Virus genome (UHGV): UHGV-0380056
Source of the DNA: a virus
Length of the DNA: 42,239 nucleotides
Reading direction: 5' to 3' (one strand)
This document shows positions 24,896-36,300 of the stretch, piece by piece (the stretch's first letter is position 1; each line of letters starts with the position of its first letter). The notes beneath the pieces are model-generated. The model ran no database searches, had not been told where the DNA came from, and was given only the letters and a program-made list of their open reading frames with translations. The translations under genes were made by a program, and so were the position numbers.

Positions 24896-25624
24896 ATGAG
24901 ATACGTAGGAAGTAAAAACAGACTTAGTAAAGAATTAGCACCAATTATTCAAAGTTACATTACAGAGGATACAGAAGCATATATTGAACCATTTGTGGGT
25001 GGGGCTAACATGATTGATAAAATTAACCATCATAATAAAATAGGTAGTGACTTACACAAGGAGTTAATTGCACTACTAAACTATACTAGAGATAATTACA
25101 GCCAGTTACCAGAAACATTCAGTGAAGAAGAGTATAATCATGTAAAAGCAAATAGAGATTGCTATGAATCATGGTATGTCGGTTTAGTTGGGTTCTGTGG
25201 TGCATTTGGTTCCGCATATATGAGGGGATTTGCTAGAGACAAAAAGACGGGAAGAGATATACCAGCTGAGAGTATTAGAAGTTTAGTGAAACAAGCACCA
25301 AACTTACAAAATATTAAATTTGAATGTAAATCGTTTTTAGAATATGACCCTAAGGAATATAAAAACTGTGTTTTTTACCTAGACCCGCCGTACAGAGCGA
25401 CATTTGGATATTCAACTGGCAAGTTTCCATATGAAGAATTTGATAAGTGGGCTGTAGAGTTATCAAAAAACAACACTGTGTTAATAAGTGAGTATGAAAT
25501 GCCAGAAGATAAATTTGAATGTATCTGGGGTAAAGAGCATTTGGTAAATGTTAAACACGATATCAAACATGATAAAAATAAAAAACGAATTGAAAAATTA
25601 TTTAAAGTAAAAGGAGGAAAATAA
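24896..25624 (+). CDS. DNA N6-adenine methyltransferase (Dam-like alpha class)
   Basis: Motif I EPFVGGANM lies upstream of motif IV FYLDPPY. GAGGAGG ribosome-binding site before ATG 24896. Confidence 0.75.
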   Translation: MRYVGSKNRLSKELAPIIQSYITEDTEAYIEPFVGGANMIDKINHHNKIGSDLHKELIALLNYTRDNYSQLPETFSEEEYNHVKANRDCYESWYVGLVGFCGAFGSAYMRGFARDKKTGRDIPAESIRSLVKQAPNLQNIKFECKSFLEYDPKEYKNCVFYLDPPYRATFGYSTGKFPYEEFDKWAVELSKNNTVLISEYEMPEDKFECIWGKEHLVNVKHDIKHDKNKKRIEKLFKVKGGK

Positions 25625-25625
25625 A

Positions 25626-25847
25626 ATGATTAAAATTTATACTAAAAACAATTGTGTTCAGTGCAAACAAAGCAAGTTATGGTTACAAAATCATTGGTTA
25701 AATTATAAGGAAATAAACGTAGATGACGAGTTAGATGCCTATAATTATTTAATGGCTAACAACTTACGAACATTACCAGTAGTTTTTAATGGCGGTGAGT
25801 TGATTGCAATGGGGTTTCAACCTCAAAACTTGAAGAATTTACTATAA
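25626..25847 (+). CDS. nrdH: NrdH-like glutaredoxin
   Basis: 73 aa with a CVQC redox motif and a C-terminal AMGFQP. Confidence 0.6.
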   Translation: MIKIYTKNNCVQCKQSKLWLQNHWLNYKEINVDDELDAYNYLMANNLRTLPVVFNGGELIAMGFQPQNLKNLL

Positions 25848-25848
25848 A

Positions 25849-25882
25849 CAAAAAAGACACTCAATTAAGAGTGTCTTTTTAT
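25849..25882. terminator. bidirectional rho-independent terminator between the converging early (plus) and late (minus) operons
   Basis: aaagacactc-aattaa-gagtgtcttt, flanked by A5 and T5 runs. Confidence 0.7.
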
Positions 25883-26907
25883 TATAAACTCAAATAGATT
25901 GAGTCAATTCGTACGTCATTTACTGCGCCTTCACCGTTAGATTTATTCGCTCTACGTAGAATCACATCTACTTTTTTACCCTTGAACTGGTTCTTATTGA
26001 CTGTTACATCAAAACCAAGTTCTTGTCCACCTTGATACCCATATGCTTTCTTGACATCTGGACGTTTAATTCCAGCAGACTGAATACGTGTTAATTCTTT
26101 GTTTGTTCCATGCTGCATGAAGATTACATATGCATATGTTCCAATAGCACCCTGAGGCTTGTCAGGAACTAACCAGCCAGCCACACGAATTTGGTCTTTA
26201 CCATGACCATTAAAGTAATCAAGTTTACCCCAAGCATTACCTTGGTGTTTTGCTGGACTTGCAGCTACTACTTTATCATGCTGACTTGGAGTGGATGGTG
26301 TTACGTTTGCTCCACTTGGAGGTGTAGTACCTCCACCAGTTGAGGCATTGCCGTCTGGTTTTAAGCTAGGGTTATTGTAATACTTAGACACTTTACCAAT
26401 AACATAGTCCTTCATAGCATTAGTTACATTAGCTGGCTGTGCCTGTGTTGAGTTGAACCCAGTGTGAATAATTAATGAACGTTTAGGACATTGTGTAGCT
26501 GAAAATTCATGATGTAAACGTACAGTGTTGCGATTGACAGGTAATCCGTAATATTTCAAATCCTGTGCAATTTGCCAGAATGTGTTTTCTTCTGCTTGCA
26601 AGAAATCTGCTAGTGGTGTTTGATCATTTCCGCAAACTTCATAACCAATGTAATTCATATTACCGTCACTGTTTGCTGTATGCCATGCCGCATTGAATGT
26701 GTCTTCAGTACGCCAAATTGTGTTTTTATCAATATAGTAATGCGCAAAGCCAGCAGCCAATTGATTATTATTCATTGCTGCTAAACGGTTAGCTTCTTGC
26801 TTGGCTGTAGAGTTACCCCATGTATTATGAAATACTACACCTTTCACTGCTCCGCCTCTACGTCCAGCAACACCACGTGTTACTGTTTGATTGATGATTT
26901 CTACCAT
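25882..26907 (-). CDS. endolysin: N-acetylmuramoyl-L-alanine amidase (amidase_2/PGRP) plus a C-terminal cell-wall-binding domain
   Basis: GVVFHNTWGNSTAKQEANRL...YYIDKNTIW..AWHTANSDGNMNYIGYEVCG. A G/T/P-rich linker precedes a roughly 130-aa C-terminal domain. Confidence 0.8.
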   Translation of the reverse strand: MVEIINQTVTRGVAGRRGGAVKGVVFHNTWGNSTAKQEANRLAAMNNNQLAAGFAHYYIDKNTIWRTEDTFNAAWHTANSDGNMNYIGYEVCGNDQTPLADFLQAEENTFWQIAQDLKYYGLPVNRNTVRLHHEFSATQCPKRSLIIHTGFNSTQAQPANVTNAMKDYVIGKVSKYYNNPSLKPDGNASTGGGTTPPSGANVTPSTPSQHDKVVAASPAKHQGNAWGKLDYFNGHGKDQIRVAGWLVPDKPQGAIGTYAYVIFMQHGTNKELTRIQSAGIKRPDVKKAYGYQGGQELGFDVTVNKNQFKGKKVDVILRRANKSNGEGAVNDVRIDSIYLSL

Positions 26908-26923
26908 ATTATCACTCTCTTTC

Positions 26924-27205
26924 TTATTTCTTTGGTTCTGTATAGTTCAATGCTTTTTCACTATCTGTAATACCTTTAGTTGTTGGGTCTGGGATCATGT
27001 TTAATGCATTAATTACAGTTAATCCTAAAACATAAGGGTTGCTTACTGCTCTTACTAATACATCCAATAATGTATCAAAGGATGTAATATCCTCAAACTT
27101 CAAACCAAAGTATGCTAAGATAGGTATTGCTAATGCGCCAATAAAACGCAAGATAAATGTTAGGTTGTCTTTGCTAAAACGAACTTTCCAGTTAATATTT
27201 TTCAT
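26924..27205 (-). CDS. holin (staphylococcal phage holin family)
   Basis: MKNINWKVRFSKDNLTFILRFIGALA...DPTTKGITDSEKALNYTEP resembles the phi11-type holin (MDINWKLRF...DPTSKGVSDS). Confidence 0.75.
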   Translation of the reverse strand: MKNINWKVRFSKDNLTFILRFIGALAIPILAYFGLKFEDITSFDTLLDVLVRAVSNPYVLGLTVINALNMIPDPTTKGITDSEKALNYTEPKK

Positions 27206-27217
27206 TCTACATCACTC

Positions 27218-27496
27218 CTAATTCATAAATAATGATAAACCAATACTAATTAATGCGCCAATAACTGCGCCAACAGTGGTACGTGTTAACCATGTATAGC
27301 TGTTTTTCAAGTCAGCCAACGCTTCTCTATTTTGCATGGACATGCTGTACGCCTTATCTGTTTTTTCAGATTGACGTTCTAAGCGACTTCCATACTCTTT
27401 TAAGTCAGCTTTAATCTCAGGTATGTCATCAAGCTTTACCTCAATTCTTGCTAACTGTTCTTTTAATGAAACAAACTCCTTATCGTTTAGGTTCAT
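27218..27496 (-). CDS. XhlA-like haemolysin/holin-associated protein
   Basis: N-terminal coiled coil with a single C-terminal transmembrane segment (TTVGAVIGALISIGLSLFMN). Confidence 0.6.
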   Translation of the reverse strand: MNLNDKEFVSLKEQLARIEVKLDDIPEIKADLKEYGSRLERQSEKTDKAYSMSMQNREALADLKNSYTWLTRTTVGAVIGALISIGLSLFMN

Positions 27497-27640
27497 AGCA
27501 AAACACTCCTATTCATTTATCACCTCGTTTCCTAGGTATGTAATCATTATAACACCTATATAAGCGAAATAGTGTGTCTCTCACGAGCATTCTAAGGTCA
27601 AGTACATTTATTAAACGGGTGATTACCCATTTAAAAGCAA

Positions 27641-27672
27641 ATAAAAACCCTCTATTTTGAGGGTTTTTATTT
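27641..27672 (-). terminator. rho-independent terminator after the tail-fibre gene
   Basis: aaaaccctc-tatttt-gagggtttt, flanked by A and T runs. Confidence 0.6.
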
Positions 27673-27673
27673 A

Positions 27674-28621
27674 TTATGCTAAATTCCAATCATCTATTGT
27701 AGTGTAGGTTAACGAACCTTGAAACGCTCCTTTTGTTGATTTTTGAGGAATCAATCTCCATCCGTTATTGTTACTATACACGGTACAGTTTACTCCTTGA
27801 TATGAAATGCTAGGTAGTATTCCCGTTCCCTGAATATAGTTTTTAGGTTTATATCCAATATGAAACGGTGATAGTCCTACCCAGCCAGTATCACTTAATA
27901 AATTGAAGTATATCTGAGCGTTAACCATATCACCTTGTCTTGTATATGTTATTTCAGCATCTTTGAAGTTTGAGGTGTCAGCTATCTTAAATGTCTTAGT
28001 TTTAAGTGTTAACATTTTATAAAGTGTCTGCGCGTCTAGTGTTGCATTAGCTGTAATACCTTTACCTGGCTCGTACCAGTTTAGTTCTAAATATCCACCA
28101 AACAATCTAGCTCCAGTTGTTCTAATAAGTGAGCCATCCGTTTCTGAATAAATACTGTTACTTGTTGTTAGAATGCCGTTAGACAGATTACTACTTGTTT
28201 GTTGTCTAGATTGTAGTGTTCCGCCAGTTAGAATTTTACGATTATTACTTGTTTGGGTAATTACACCATCAGCAATTACTACATTACCATCAAATTGTGT
28301 TGCTGTCTCTTCACTGATTGTTTTCCAAGTGTTTCTAAACTCACTAGCATTCATGGTAATACCATTGATAACTCCACCATTAATTTCAGCTGCGGTGAGT
28401 ATCTTACCAACTAACTCTTCTGCAATAATTTGACTAGCGAACGCTGTTTCTATCCATTCACCGTCTACACGATTGTAAGCATTTGTTGCTGTACCATTTA
28501 CTACTTTAAACCACGTGTCATTGTCTTTTGGATTTGTTGGTTCATCCTCTTGCCAGTACACTGTACCTGTACTGGTTTCAATCTGCATATTATTAATAAT
28601 TTTCATTCCTTGTGCTTGCAT
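27674..28621 (-). CDS. receptor-binding protein / tail fibre
   Basis: 315 aa. Last tail gene before the lysis cassette. Confidence 0.5.
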   Translation of the reverse strand: MQAQGMKIINNMQIETSTGTVYWQEDEPTNPKDNDTWFKVVNGTATNAYNRVDGEWIETAFASQIIAEELVGKILTAAEINGGVINGITMNASEFRNTWKTISEETATQFDGNVVIADGVITQTSNNRKILTGGTLQSRQQTSSNLSNGILTTSNSIYSETDGSLIRTTGARLFGGYLELNWYEPGKGITANATLDAQTLYKMLTLKTKTFKIADTSNFKDAEITYTRQGDMVNAQIYFNLLSDTGWVGLSPFHIGYKPKNYIQGTGILPSISYQGVNCTVYSNNNGWRLIPQKSTKGAFQGSLTYTTIDDWNLA

Positions 28622-28635
28622 TCATACCTCTCCTT

Positions 28636-30039
28636 TTAATCTTCTGCATTACAAATATAAGTATATCTAAGTTCAGTACCTGCTGTGACTTTTACGGATA
28701 AACCAGTGTCACTCCATTCAGTATCAAGTGTCCCATCTAGCTTTAGTCTACTCCATGTGAATGTTTTAAAAAAATTCGTTACATCTAAGGATCCTTTAAT
28801 CACTCTACATGTTAATGTTATTGTACCCTCGCCATTTACGAAAAATGGTGCTGACGAATCAATCTCAACTGTATAAGGTACTGCGTTGTTTATTTTATCG
28901 TTAAAATCATTAGCCATTTGCTGCAAACGTTCAGATAATCCACTCTCTAATCTAACGAATTCAGAAAGCTCACATACAACTTGTTCTGTTTCATAATTAA
29001 CTGTTAATTTCTGTACTCTACTAGATAAAAATAGATTTTCATTTTCATCTATGATATCTACAGTATTACCTACTGTTAATTGTGATGGAATGTTAGCAAT
29101 ATCTACAATATAGTTAACTAGAGGTACACTGTATTTTTTCAGCCAGTTAACCGTTGTATTAACCAATTCTTTCTGACTTGTCGTTGTCCAACTCTTGTGT
29201 TGTAGAAAATAATGTGAATTAGTATTTGTTCTACTCCATTGCTTTATGTTTTGTGTGTCATTTATTCTACCAGTAGTTTTATCTAGTATGAAACGCCCCT
29301 CAGGGTCTGTCCAAGTATACCCTTTTAAATTGATTGGCTCATCTTTACCTTCTGGAGTTCCTCCAGTTGGATAAATAGAGTTTACTAATTGATAGATATC
29401 CTCTTCTGTTTCTATAGAATTAATGTCTTTATTAACGTATAACTTTTTACGCTCATCAACTCCACGTTTTTTATAGATGTCTATTTTACGCTTGGCCAAC
29501 TGATTTCCAACAAATTCAAATGAAAACTCTAGTTCTGCATTATCAAATTGTGTGGCTACTGATTGAATTCGCTCTAAGGCAGTCATATTACTATCCCATT
29601 CTAGTGTACGTGTCAAGTTAGGTATTTCATTTTTACCAATAACGAAACCAGAATCATAGGTAAATTTTTCAATGTACCAAATAATATTATGATTCCCTTG
29701 TGCTGGAAACGGTGGTAAGTCCTCATTTAATAAGTCCATTCCAGCATCTTCACATTCTAGTGTGCGGATTTGAGTCAGAGGGTTATGTGTGACCTTGAGT
29801 ATTGTCATCCAAACAAATTTCTGATTCAAATCTTGATATAATACATAATTACCTACTGCTACATCCTTTTTAATTTTTGCAGTGTTATCTTTTGTAAACG
29901 CTAACTGTAGGGTCATTCTACGTGACGCTGTTTCTAGTGTACTTACATCACTTGCGCTTAATACAGGGTACTCTACATCAGCAGTTGTTGAAGTAATTGT
30001 TTTTAATTCAAACGTGCGATCCGTTATATAAAAATCCAA
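28636..30039 (-). CDS. tail tip protein Tal (prophage tail endopeptidase N-terminal-like)
   Basis: 467 aa, second gene after the tape measure protein. The N-terminus (MDFYITDRTFELKTITSTTADVEY...) is Tal/gp27-like. Confidence 0.5.
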   Translation of the reverse strand: MDFYITDRTFELKTITSTTADVEYPVLSASDVSTLETASRRMTLQLAFTKDNTAKIKKDVAVGNYVLYQDLNQKFVWMTILKVTHNPLTQIRTLECEDAGMDLLNEDLPPFPAQGNHNIIWYIEKFTYDSGFVIGKNEIPNLTRTLEWDSNMTALERIQSVATQFDNAELEFSFEFVGNQLAKRKIDIYKKRGVDERKKLYVNKDINSIETEEDIYQLVNSIYPTGGTPEGKDEPINLKGYTWTDPEGRFILDKTTGRINDTQNIKQWSRTNTNSHYFLQHKSWTTTSQKELVNTTVNWLKKYSVPLVNYIVDIANIPSQLTVGNTVDIIDENENLFLSSRVQKLTVNYETEQVVCELSEFVRLESGLSERLQQMANDFNDKINNAVPYTVEIDSSAPFFVNGEGTITLTCRVIKGSLDVTNFFKTFTWSRLKLDGTLDTEWSDTGLSVKVTAGTELRYTYICNAED

Positions 30040-30106
30040 TGATACTCACTCCTTTCTTATTCATTATAACATAAAGAGAGAGACTTTTGCAAATCTCTCT
30101 CTTGTT

Positions 30107-33100
30107 TTATAGATAGTTTTGTGTAATCTCTGCTGTTACCTCTGCCATGTTAGCCCAACCTGAAACAATTGGTTGAATAATTGTTTCACCAGTTTCAAGC
30201 TCAAATTTTTCCCACTGATTACCTACTACATTCAATTGATTGTTAACTACGCCATTGACAAAAAACTCTCTAGTTGATGTATCAATCTCAACGAGGTCAC
30301 CATCTTGGAAATAGTTCTTCAAGTCTTGATAATATGGTGTTCCTTCCCAACGTGCTTGTATGTCAGTCAGTCTCATGATCACATGATATTCTTTTGAGTA
30401 ACGCATAACCCAAGCTCCTGATTTTGTAAACTTACTTGTATCTGGTTCTGGTAATGTCCATGTAAACTTATATTCCTTGTCAATAGATGCCACAGACCAA
30501 CCGTTTGGATTCATACCTAATTGTTTAATTTGAACCATTCTCCATACTAGTTTATTACCTCGTCTATCCATGTTCATTTCATAGAAGGTATTCCAGAATA
30601 TCTTTCTATCTAATTTTTGCTGATGTAACTTCTTATTCTTATACCACGCTTCGAATATTAGTTCATTGGATGCGTGGTCACTATCCCTAATGATGGCTGT
30701 CATAATAGGGTTACCATTTTCATCAAAGGTGGCAAACTCAATTCGTCCACGCTGCCCCTTATTATAGTTATCAAATACAAAACGATAATGATTGGAAATT
30801 GGTAATGTTCTATCGTTATTAGATGGTGCTTGAATATTCGCCACAATGCTTGGTCCATGCCAGACGTTGATAGAACCAACCCCTGTAAATATTGGTGTAA
30901 CCGCATCCGGATCTGGTTTCATATCCCATGTACCTTGCACTAAGTTTGGTGTAGCTGAGTTATTATTCATATTTGGATATACTGATTTGAAACCACTATT
31001 TAACTGCAGTGTGGGAGTGAGTGTATTGCCCCAAAAGTTTTCATCAAGTCCTTGCTCTACTCTGGAAGAGGTTGTTCCGTCCACATCTTCAGGGTTACCA
31101 AACTGCAAGATAGCTCCATTTTGATTCAACAGAGCAATTAGTCCATTTTCTCCTTTCATTCTGAATGAAAAGCGTGGCTTCGTTCTGTAAGTCCCATTGT
31201 TTTCAATCTTAACCAAGTCACCAACAGAATCCCCACTTGGTACATATTCAACTGCGTTGATATAGGAAGGACTATAACCCCAGTGATAATCTTTTGGATT
31301 ATTTGATGGTGCTGGTGCGATTCCTTCATATTTGTAGTAAGGTATATTTGGTGTGCGTGTGTCACCTTTTTCAATTTTGAGCCATTCTATCATACAGGCT
31401 CCTACCGTTTCACGTGGTATTTGATAAATAGTAAGTAATTTTGGTGATGTGGTGGAAACTTTTGTAGGAGTAAAACTACAAATCCACACATCTGTTAACC
31501 CCTCAACTGGTGCAAAATATCCTAGTGGCGTGTTACCATCATTGTACAGTCTGAACGTTTGAGTTGATGGTTTAGTGGCTTTTATCGTGATAGTATACTT
31601 TTGACCTATCTTAAATTCTTCTAACATATTTGAACCATACAACTGATATGCACTGGTTTGTATTGGAAATTTTAATGTCTGATCAGCAATATTCTCACCC
31701 AACGGTATTTTACTTAAATAATAAGGATGCTCAAGTAAGTTTGGCTGGTACGGTGTGGCTGTAGTTCCTTCTTCTAATTTGATATTAGGTTTAATGTAAA
31801 TTTTAGAAGCTGTAACATCAGTTTTAGTTACATATATTTGTAATGCTTGTACTTCAGAATTTACTTTAACTTCTGTTAATGGGTTAGTTACTAGATTATA
31901 TCGTCTGTTTGTGGTTGTTAATGAAGTTATTGAAGATGTGGTTACAACACTTAATGATGTACCAACATATACCACTGGGCTGATGGCAATGCCACCTGTA
32001 TCTACATCAGACCTCGCCTCAATGGAATATGTGTATCGTTTACCCACCATTCCTCTTGGGATATTTATAAAGTAGTATCCTTGATTACCTGTTAAAGTGG
32101 CTGTATCTATCACATATTCTCCGTTAACAAACGACACATTTGATGGTTTTGTATATTTTTTGAAATCAAGCGACAATTCATCTGAACCAATATTTCTGAA
32201 TAAATTCGGATTTCCCGAATAATCATAGTTCCCAAAATCAATGCTATCACTATACGCCTTTGCTCCCACAGTTGGCGCTGTCACTACTGACCCAAGTGGT
32301 GGTAGAAAACTAACCATTGGTTTACTCCAGTTAATAAGAGTGCTTCCTCTGAAACCATACTGTAAGTTAAGAGCATTTGTTTTTTCGTTTTCAATCTTAA
32401 CTACTGACCCATACTCCGTAAACTCAGTATTCACTTTTTTAGGGATAGTAACAAAGTGTCTATTAAGTCTTGCACCCTTCACTGTATCCCACTCTTCTAG
32501 TACTACTTGTCCAGCATATGTTTTGTCGTTTGATTCATCAATGGATAATACTTTTGCAAATACGCTAAAATTGACCTCGTCTCCAACTTTCAAGTCTGCT
32601 CTATGAATCAGTGTGCTAGAGTTTAAGTTTAGCCAACGCTCATCTGAATTTTTGTCATGCTCAAAATTTAACGGAACACCATTTGTGAAATCACCTTGAA
32701 CAATACTAGAGTTATTGAACTTCTCATCTAACTTCTTGACCCAAGGTTTCATATATTTATTAATAGCATTATACTCACTATCTAGCATAAGATTGGTGGT
32801 GGTTGAGTAGGTGTTGGAAAAACCAATTGACTCAATAGCATGTGACATTCCGTCTGGAACGTCAAACGTTAATGTGAGTGGTGTGTACTTCAAATCTGTT
32901 GCATCATATTCTTCAGCTCCTGTAAAGATAGCATTGAAATATCTATCTGGAAAAATGTCAAACACTAACTTCTGAGGTTCGTCACTATTGACTAACGCTT
33001 TTAGTTCATCCATCACTTGCGGAACTGTTTTACCTGTATTGTCTTTGATAATAAATCCATCAATACTTAATGTGTAATCTCCTAATCTTGTATTTCTAAA

Positions 33101-33244
33101 ATGTTTTCCATCTGTATTACCTACCTGGAAAAACTCATTTTCTTTTGATAAAAATGGTATGTTTAATTTTGCAATTTGAAATAAGTGTTTTGTGTCTTTT
33201 CCGTCAATCGTAAAGGATCGTAGAAAATCATAATTTTGTGTCAT
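30107..33244 (-). CDS. distal tail protein Dit, 'evolved' form with a large C-terminal extension
   Basis: 1045 aa, directly downstream of the tape measure protein. The N-terminus (MTQNYDFLRSFTIDGKDTKHLFQIAKLNIPFLSKENEF...) resembles the siphovirus tail family PF05709. Confidence 0.55.
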   Translation of the reverse strand: MTQNYDFLRSFTIDGKDTKHLFQIAKLNIPFLSKENEFFQVGNTDGKHFRNTRLGDYTLSIDGFIIKDNTGKTVPQVMDELKALVNSDEPQKLVFDIFPDRYFNAIFTGAEEYDATDLKYTPLTLTFDVPDGMSHAIESIGFSNTYSTTTNLMLDSEYNAINKYMKPWVKKLDEKFNNSSIVQGDFTNGVPLNFEHDKNSDERWLNLNSSTLIHRADLKVGDEVNFSVFAKVLSIDESNDKTYAGQVVLEEWDTVKGARLNRHFVTIPKKVNTEFTEYGSVVKIENEKTNALNLQYGFRGSTLINWSKPMVSFLPPLGSVVTAPTVGAKAYSDSIDFGNYDYSGNPNLFRNIGSDELSLDFKKYTKPSNVSFVNGEYVIDTATLTGNQGYYFINIPRGMVGKRYTYSIEARSDVDTGGIAISPVVYVGTSLSVVTTSSITSLTTTNRRYNLVTNPLTEVKVNSEVQALQIYVTKTDVTASKIYIKPNIKLEEGTTATPYQPNLLEHPYYLSKIPLGENIADQTLKFPIQTSAYQLYGSNMLEEFKIGQKYTITIKATKPSTQTFRLYNDGNTPLGYFAPVEGLTDVWICSFTPTKVSTTSPKLLTIYQIPRETVGACMIEWLKIEKGDTRTPNIPYYKYEGIAPAPSNNPKDYHWGYSPSYINAVEYVPSGDSVGDLVKIENNGTYRTKPRFSFRMKGENGLIALLNQNGAILQFGNPEDVDGTTSSRVEQGLDENFWGNTLTPTLQLNSGFKSVYPNMNNNSATPNLVQGTWDMKPDPDAVTPIFTGVGSINVWHGPSIVANIQAPSNNDRTLPISNHYRFVFDNYNKGQRGRIEFATFDENGNPIMTAIIRDSDHASNELIFEAWYKNKKLHQQKLDRKIFWNTFYEMNMDRRGNKLVWRMVQIKQLGMNPNGWSVASIDKEYKFTWTLPEPDTSKFTKSGAWVMRYSKEYHVIMRLTDIQARWEGTPYYQDLKNYFQDGDLVEIDTSTREFFVNGVVNNQLNVVGNQWEKFELETGETIIQPIVSGWANMAEVTAEITQNYL

Positions 33245-33277
33245 ATTTATTATCTCCTTTATTATTTTATGTATTAA

Positions 33278-33301
33278 TTATAACACAAAAAAGGAGCTTA
33301 T
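33278..33301 (-). terminator. weak hairpin plus T6 after the tape measure gene
   Basis: Minus strand ggggctt-gtat-aagctcc followed by tttttt. Confidence 0.3.
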
Positions 33302-33317
33302 ACAAGCCCCTCATTTG

Positions 33318-36300
33318 CTAAACTAATCCCAAATCACGATTAGCATTTAGTTGATTCCTTGATTGAATCTTTTGCAGTTTGCTATTTAACTTCTCACCAT
33401 CCAGTAATACATTAGTGTCTTTAGCTAAAATAGCCATCAATAGCTCATTCTGTTGTTTTAACAGTAGAAGTATTTGCGCCATATCAGAGTTTGTGCTTGA
33501 AGTCGTACCAGATACTGGTGTTGACTGGCTACGATTTAGCTTCTCATTAGCATATGCTAGTAGTTGCATAGCTCTTGAACGCTTAAGTCCTGAACCAGTG
33601 AGCGGAATTACAACTTCTTCTTTATTGCCTTCGCCAACCATTGCCATGTGTTGCTTAGTAATTATGCCACCATTTTCATAACCAACTCCACGATATGCTG
33701 CTCCTAGACTACCATATCTTGAAAGTGCATATCTGATTGAAGCTAAGATATTAGATAATGGATCATATATATTACTGTTGTGTCCTGGCATTGCATACTG
33801 TCTAAATGTTGGATCAATTACTTGTAGTAGACCTTTTGAAGGTGTACCATTCTTGGCATTGATATCCCAGTTGTTTATTGCGTTAGGATTACCATTTGAC
33901 TCTGTTCGCATTTGGTTAAGTAATGCATTTAGATTGCTTGCTGAGTATTGACCCGTCATTCTAAGAGCTTGTGTTGCGATACCTCTCCAACGGTCTACAC
34001 CACTTCCCCCTACGCTATCACCTGAAATTTGAGTGTTTTGTGGGTCTTTCACACCGTTTAAATGGACATGATCATAATGATCTCCATCAGGCCACGGTCT
34101 CCAATCATTATGAATACCTGTACCTGATTGTCCTGAACGGTCACGAACTTTACCATTAGTGATTACGTAACCAATCTTAGATGCAAATTTATCAAACGCA
34201 TAGTTTGCAGCTTCTGTGTATTTACTTGACCCACCAGTAACTCCTGGTAAAGCAATATCAATTGCGTTACGTTTACCATGTGAATATGGGTCGCCTGGTC
34301 TATAACCACTAGTTGCCACAAAACCTGGGAATTTCTTCATTACTGATTTAGCAACATCTGCTAAATATTTATAGACACCATTGGTTCCTATAGAGGTATC
34401 TAAGTTACCAGATGAGAACAAATCAGTAATCTTTTCAGTCAGAGCGCTTGTTGCTTTAGATAGAATACCTTTACCTACTTCTAATGGATATTTTGTCAAC
34501 CCACCTAATACATCTAAGCCACCTATTACTTTTCTAGCCAATGCCGCTGGGTCTGAAATGAAGTCCCACACATCACCTACTACGTTTTTAAGTGTGTTTC
34601 CTACATTACCAGCAACATTTTTCACACTGTTCCACATATTACCAAAGAAGTTAGTACCTTTTTTGTAACGGTATTTAGGCGCTTTTGAACCTTGAAGTTG
34701 GGCTGTTTCTTCAGCTGTCAAGACATGTGTGCCTTTTGGTGCATTCAATACTACGTTACGTCCTTTAGGTATGAATGCTCTACCATCTGGTGTGATAACT
34801 GTTTCTGCTCCACGTCCATCATTGACCATCATTGGTCCATTAATTGGGTGTCCGCCTGCGGGTGTACCTGTAGCGTATTGTGGTACATCCCATTCGGTTA
34901 GAGGTTCTGCGCCTAATTTTTCAAGAACCCATGATGCGCCTTTGATGATACCATTCACTGGTTTACCAATGGCTTTTAGTGCGCCGTTAAATACACCTTT
35001 GAATGCGTTTGTAACTGCATTTTTACCATTTGAAATAGCTGTTCCTATTTTGGTAGGCAAGTCTTTCATCCAGTTCACAACGGTGTCAATGCCGTCGCTG
35101 AATGACTTCTTGATTCCTGTCCATGTTTCTGTCACTGCTCGTGATACATTAGTTTTTATTTCTCCAAATTTGTTCCACACGTTGACCGCCCACCCTGAGA
35201 TTTTACCCCAAAGCCATGACATTACGGCCCACCAATCTTTAAAACCTTGAACTAGTCCATCTATGATTGGTTTAACAATAAACCATACTGTCTGAAATGC
35301 TGCATTGACTATTCTTCTAAAAGTTTCAGATTTTGTATAAGCTACTACTAACGCTCCAACCAATGCGCCTAATGCTACAACTAATCCTCCTACTGTGAGA
35401 GATATAGTCGTAAATACAATTGAGGCTATACCTAGCGCTTTAATCGCAAGTGTTATCCCACCTATGATACCTACAAGCCATGTTAGTGGCTCTCTGTTAT
35501 CTGCAATCCATTTGGCAAATTCTCCTAATTTACCCATGAAATCTGCCATTTTTGGAATTGCTTCTTCTATTTTTGTACTTAATGTATTGATAAACCCAGT
35601 GATGTTTTCAACGCCTATTTTTTCTATAATGCCTTGAATTGCGGTGACTACTGTAGACTTCAATCTATCCCATGAGCCACCTAAAGTATCTGTTGATTTA
35701 GCGGCTTCAATCGCTCCAGGATTCATACCTAATTCAGTAATGGCTGCATTGAATTCATCAGCAGATATTTCGCCTTTTTCCATTGCTTCACGGAAGTTCC
35801 CAGTGTATGCTCCATTTGTTAACATAGCTTCTTGTAGTAGTCCTGAAGCCCCTGGGATTGCGTCTGCTAACTGATTCCAGTTTTCAGTCGTTAGTTTACC
35901 CGCTCCTGCTGTTTGCGTTAACATCATAGCCACAGACTTAAATGTTTCCTCTGATCCACCTGCTACCGCATTCAAGTTACCTGCTGCTTCTGTTAGTTGC
36001 ATGTAGTTTGGAATACCGTTTGAAGCTAACTGCGCTGAGGTATTCAGAATATCTTCTAATCCATAGACAGTAACATCTGCGTATCCTTTCATCTGTGCGG
36101 TGGCTTTTTCTATTTCTTCTCCACCAAATCCTGCAAAATCCATGCTCTTTTTAAACTTAGAAACAGAGTCTGTAGCAGTGATTGCCTCACGTGTCATGTC
36201 GCCTATGAAACCAGTGACTCTAGATATGGCGCCACTGGCTAAATTACCTAGCGTTGTACCAATAGCATGTCCAACTGTTGAAAAACCTTTCATTGATTTT

